64,000 bases of DNA from an uncultured Azospirillaceae bacterium (GTDB taxonomy: Bacteria > Pseudomonadota > Alphaproteobacteria > RF32 > CAG-239), in NCBI GenBank assembly GCA_964655915.1, contig CAZZNV010000006.1, positions 9,256-73,255 of the forward strand, in the 5' to 3' direction. The translations under genes and the position numbers were made by a program. Position 1 is the stretch's first letter, and every line of letters starts with the position of its first letter. Shown in pieces: positions 60,354 to 64,000 of the stretch. The notes under the pieces are model-generated. The model worked only from the letters and a program-made list of their open reading frames with translations, had not been told where the DNA came from and made no database searches.

Positions 60354-60386
60354 AAAAAACCTCCTTAAAAAGAAGGAGTTTTTTTT
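60354..60386 (+). terminator. Intrinsic terminator-like hairpin upstream of the final operon
   Basis: AAAAAAC-CTCCTT-aaaaag-AAGGAG-TTTTTTTT. Confidence 0.6.
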
Positions 60387-60509
60387 GAATGGTGATGTTT
60401 AACTCACAGTTTCCGAGCCGATGTTACACTTTTTTATAAGTCACGAAGTTGACAAAATATGTTGATTTTTGTTTATTTTTATGTTATTTGTCTGAAAAAA
60501 GAGGTGATT

Positions 60510-61487
60510 ATGGAAATACAAGAGTTTATAGAAACTAATTCCAACCTTTCATATCGAGATATTCAGTCAAGTCAGTTTTATGAAAATTATCAGTCAACAC
60601 GGGATAACTCCATATTTTTAAATATACTTCGAAAATATGAAAAAATAGATAAGCTTGATGTTTCTGCATTGAAAGAGCGTATTTCAGCATTAAAAGAACT
60701 CAATGAGAGTTTGTTAAGCTCGGATATTTATTTATCCGGTATCAAGAGCGGAATTATTAAAAAGAAAGAACATTTATCAGCATTACAACATTTATTTGAA
60801 CTGGGAATATTGCGAAATCGCAAAGAACTGTATAATCCCGATATTGAGAATTTATTTCAGGCAGAAGATAACGGTTTATTACCCTTAAAAAATGATATTA
60901 TTTATGACTTTGATGCTAATGTGTTGTTGGGGAAGTATATTCTGGAAGCGGTTGATCCGGCCCATCGTTTCACGGTGGTTAAATATATAGACAGATGGCA
61001 ACAATCTTCTAAAGACACACCTTTCTTTATGTATTTAGAACAAAATTGTCTTTATGATTTAATTCCTCAAGTCAGGTATTATTCGGATGCAGAAAGGAGC
61101 CCCTTTGAAATAACGATAAAAAACGGAGCACTGTATCAAGCGGACGGGCAGTTGTTAACAACAGATAAAAATAGAGAGTATTTATTTGTTTTGACAAAAG
61201 ATAATAAATTTTACGGTTGTTACAGTGATAGTAAAAAAGGTATTAAACATACATCTTTAACCGGAGGAGAGGCGATTAAATGCGGAGGGGCTTTAGGTGT
61301 AGATAATGGAAGAGTTTATAAAATTGATTTAGATAGTGGGCATTATTTTCCAAGTTTGGCTCATTTAAACAAACTGGTTTATTATATGAAACAACATGGT
61401 GTCCAATTAGATGACGATATTCTTGTCAATTATCATGAGAATTATATGCGCAAATCTATCTTATTAAAGAAAGGACTGGAACGGTAA
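60510..61487 (+). CDS. Protein with IQM-like (plant/fungal IQ-motif protein core) domain
   Basis: GAGGTG SD before ATG 60510; motifs LEAVDPAHR, PFFMYLE, VRY....ER..FEI.I.NG.L, LFVL, HTSL.GG....GG and SGHYFP. Confidence 0.7.
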   Translation: MEIQEFIETNSNLSYRDIQSSQFYENYQSTRDNSIFLNILRKYEKIDKLDVSALKERISALKELNESLLSSDIYLSGIKSGIIKKKEHLSALQHLFELGILRNRKELYNPDIENLFQAEDNGLLPLKNDIIYDFDANVLLGKYILEAVDPAHRFTVVKYIDRWQQSSKDTPFFMYLEQNCLYDLIPQVRYYSDAERSPFEITIKNGALYQADGQLLTTDKNREYLFVLTKDNKFYGCYSDSKKGIKHTSLTGGEAIKCGGALGVDNGRVYKIDLDSGHYFPSLAHLNKLVYYMKQHGVQLDDDILVNYHENYMRKSILLKKGLER

Positions 61488-62506
61488 TGTTGATAGAACA
61501 ACATGCATCTTGGTTGGCATTAAATAATGTTGTTGGTTGTCCGAATGATTGTGTATATTGTTTCTTAAAACAGAAATCCTGTATGCCGAAAATTCTTTGT
61601 GAAGCAAAAGAGGCTGTTGAAGAATTATTAAAATCAGATATATACAAACAAGAGATGCCCATATGTATAATGCCCAACACAGACGCTTTCGCAACATTAT
61701 CAAACAAAAAACAATTATTTTTAGCTTGTCAGACTCTCAAAAAACACAGTGTTTCAAATTTAATTATCGTTATCACTAAAAGGGAAATTAACGAAAAAGA
61801 TTGTGCATATATTTCAAGTTTTCGGAAAAAAGGAGTAAATATTTGTATTTATGTGAGTTATTCTGGGCTTGAAAGCAAATATGAAAGGGGAATTAGGAAA
61901 AGAAATCAGTTAGAGGCTATTCTGTCAATGAAAAACCTGAAGAAAAACAATATTCCTTGTATACACTACTGGCGACCTTTATTACCTCAAAATACGGATA
62001 CAAAAACTCTTCAAACAGTGCTTCATACAGTAAAAAAATATTGTGTAGCTTCTTGTATGACCGGATTAAAATTATATGATTATATGTCTTGTCAAGATTA
62101 TTGGCCGGAAGTGCAAAGCCTTTTTGAACAAGGTGTTAATCCGGAATGCTTTGTTCCTGCGGGAGCTTTTGACAGAGTCATAGAATTAGCGCAGAAGGAT
62201 AATTATAAAGTATTTGTTGATAATGTGTGTATTCTGGCCTGGTTACAAAAAAATCCGTGTGTGTATGGTATCTACAAATCAGAACGCTGTCAGCACTATA
62301 ATTTATGTTCGGCACAACAAAGAAAAAGGTGCGGACAATTTTATAATTTTCAAAAACCTGAACAGGTTTTAATAAACAAAAATTGTTCATTAACAGAGAT
62401 TTTTAATGTAGCAAAAAGCCAAAAAGTTTCAGTAATGAATCAAAAGGCTGGCAAGACATCTTATTGGCAGAGTTCTTTTACAAATGATAAATGGTTGGAA
62501 TTATGA
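61487..62506 (+). CDS. Radical SAM protein (SPL-like clade)
   Basis: GCPNDCVYC (CxxxCxxC), TDAF, ITK, SYSGL and HYWRPLLP.N; extra C-terminal Cys cluster; TAATG overlap with the upstream gene. Confidence 0.85.
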   Translation: MLIEQHASWLALNNVVGCPNDCVYCFLKQKSCMPKILCEAKEAVEELLKSDIYKQEMPICIMPNTDAFATLSNKKQLFLACQTLKKHSVSNLIIVITKREINEKDCAYISSFRKKGVNICIYVSYSGLESKYERGIRKRNQLEAILSMKNLKKNNIPCIHYWRPLLPQNTDTKTLQTVLHTVKKYCVASCMTGLKLYDYMSCQDYWPEVQSLFEQGVNPECFVPAGAFDRVIELAQKDNYKVFVDNVCILAWLQKNPCVYGIYKSERCQHYNLCSAQQRKRCGQFYNFQKPEQVLINKNCSLTEIFNVAKSQKVSVMNQKAGKTSYWQSSFTNDKWLEL

Positions 62507-63048
62507 TGAAACACTCAATATTGCGCTTAAAAGAAAAAGCATTTGATTTACAGTGTAAGTTTATTGCGCGGTTCAAACAAACATGGGGGTTGCGTGAATC
62601 CGTAGAAGAGTTGAACGTCCAAACAGGCCATTTGTGCCAAAGTTTTGTTAATAACAAACGCTTCCGAAGCAATGTTAATGCCTTTAATCAGCCTCACAGA
62701 ACTTTAACAAATATAAAAGATGAATTATGCGATTGTTTTTTATCAATATGCTCCATTTATAAATTTTACGGAATAAAAGAAGATGAACTTCCGACACATA
62801 ATATCCCTCAAAAAGAGCCTGATGAATTAGTGATGGAGTTATTTATATTATCAACGCAATTATTAGATTCAACCCTCATACTTCAGGGTATAAAACCACC
62901 ACTAAACCGAGATGAAAATTTAATATTTCTAAATAATTATTCTGCAATATTAAAAATATTGGAACAAATTTCCATTGCGGAAAAACTTGATATAGAAACG
63001 GAATTTGATAAAATGATTGAGCAAACGCTTAGTTATTTGAAAGGATAA
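62503..63048 (+). CDS. MazG-like all-alpha nucleotide pyrophosphohydrolase (degenerate, two helical units)
   Basis: EEL.VQ.GHL...IKDELCD motif, then a second helical repeat; ATGA overlap with the radical SAM gene. Confidence 0.55.
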   Translation: MMKHSILRLKEKAFDLQCKFIARFKQTWGLRESVEELNVQTGHLCQSFVNNKRFRSNVNAFNQPHRTLTNIKDELCDCFLSICSIYKFYGIKEDELPTHNIPQKEPDELVMELFILSTQLLDSTLILQGIKPPLNRDENLIFLNNYSAILKILEQISIAEKLDIETEFDKMIEQTLSYLKG

Positions 63049-63053
63049 TAAAA

Positions 63054-63689
63054 ATGTTAAAAGTATATGATGCCAAAATGAATCCTTTGTATCATGAAGA
63101 TAAAAAAATTGTTCATCAACAAGCTCTTTGGCATAAAGTTGTTGGAGGAATTGTCTTTAATAAACAGACAAAGTCATTATTTTTTCAAACAATTTATCCT
63201 AAAGATTCGTATACTTTTGATCGTCCTGATTATATAGATTTTTCGATTGGCGGACACGTCGAAGAAGAAGAGAATGTCAATGAGGCGATTTTTAGAGAAG
63301 CGAAGGAAGAATTGGGCCTGTCTGATTTTACTCCGCATTTTCTGGGGATTCGTGTCTGTAATTGTGATCCTGCACCAACCTATCGTATCCGCGAGTTTCA
63401 ATATTTTTACGGGATTGAAACAAAGCAAAATTTGAAAGATATGAGTTTTTTGCATTCGGATACAGAAGTTAAATCCGTCATAGAAATTAAAACAGATGAT
63501 TTTCTGGATATTTTATTAAACATCAAATCTTCAGTTTTAGTTAATGAAATGGTTTTAGATAAGGAAACCAGACAAGGAACATATACAGCCGATAATATCC
63601 TGACGGCCGATAGAATTATCCCTGATTATTACAAAGACAAAAGCATACTGGAAAAAATTTTGACGGTAAAATCTTTTCAGGAAGAGTAA
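63054..63689 (+). CDS. Nudix hydrolase (IDI-like subfamily)
   Basis: H...LWH, D.S.GGHV and Nudix box GHVEEEENVNEAIFREAKEELGL. Confidence 0.88.
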   Translation: MLKVYDAKMNPLYHEDKKIVHQQALWHKVVGGIVFNKQTKSLFFQTIYPKDSYTFDRPDYIDFSIGGHVEEEENVNEAIFREAKEELGLSDFTPHFLGIRVCNCDPAPTYRIREFQYFYGIETKQNLKDMSFLHSDTEVKSVIEIKTDDFLDILLNIKSSVLVNEMVLDKETRQGTYTADNILTADRIIPDYYKDKSILEKILTVKSFQEE

Positions 63690-64000
63690 ATGAAAAATAT
63701 CCTAATTGTGTTGGGAACAAGACCTGAAGTTATAAAGCTGTTTCCGGTCATTGTGCAACTGAAAAAACTCAAATATAATGTTTTTTTGTGCAATACGGGG
63801 CAACAGCAGGAGTTATCAAACCAAAATCTCAAATTATTCGGACTGGCTTCCGATTATAATTTATCGGTTATGAAAACCAATCAATCTCTGGCCGACACAC
63901 AAGCGATTATTCTGAAAAAACTAGAACCCGTATTAGAACAAAATAGTTTTGACGCCGTCATTGTGCAAGGAGATACTCTTTCGGCTTTTTGTGGTGCATT
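63690..64000 (+). CDS. UDP-N-acetylglucosamine 2-epimerase (WecB-like), truncated by the window end
   Basis: Not in the ORF track. ATG 63690 gives MKNILIVLGTRPEVIKLFPV...NTGQQ...VIVQGDT. Confidence 0.88.
   Translation, partial: MKNILIVLGTRPEVIKLFPVIVQLKKLKYNVFLCNTGQQQELSNQNLKLFGLASDYNLSVMKTNQSLADTQAIILKKLEPVLEQNSFDAVIVQGDTLSAFCGA

Noticed and set aside
49218-60390. Repeated hairpins between small genes as integron attC sites or CRISPR repeats
   Set aside because: Apart from one pair the hairpins differ in sequence, carry A/U tracts typical of intrinsic terminators, lack RYYYAAC/GTTRRRY ends and regular spacing, and no integrase or cas gene is present
48661-64000. Prophage or ICE interpretation of the accessory region
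   Set aside because: No integrase, transposase, structural, replication or conjugation genes in the window; gene orientation and composition are heterogeneous

Overview
Chromosomal window from an Alphaproteobacterium (ctrA, chpT, popZ, tolC-popZ-valS and rne/amiC-mrcA-prfB synteny). It is probably an uncultured, reduced, gut-type Rhodospirillales-like lineage; this placement is inference. Positions 1-48.6 kb are mostly core genes: an M48 protease, rne, amiC, PBP1A, frameshifted prfB, YhdP/AsmA-like protein, gltX, cysS, dsbD, rnhA, ispH, hpnCDE, trmFO, chpT-cheY-cheR, lepA, sod, fliJ-fliI, ctrA, glgP, tolC, popZ and valS. After valS (48.6-64 kb) comes an accessory patchwork of anaerobe-type metabolic genes and orphan genes, many with their own promoter and terminator. 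It includes a ~200-bp diverged duplication flanking an antiporter gene. The window ends in an AT-rich, translationally coupled operon: a protein with the core domain of plant/fungal IQM proteins, an SPL-like radical SAM enzyme, a MazG-like protein, a Nudix hydrolase and a WecB-like epimerase. That operon is the best candidate for an undescribed nucleotide-handling or defence system. No rRNA, tRNA, CRISPR array, integrase or transposase was seen.
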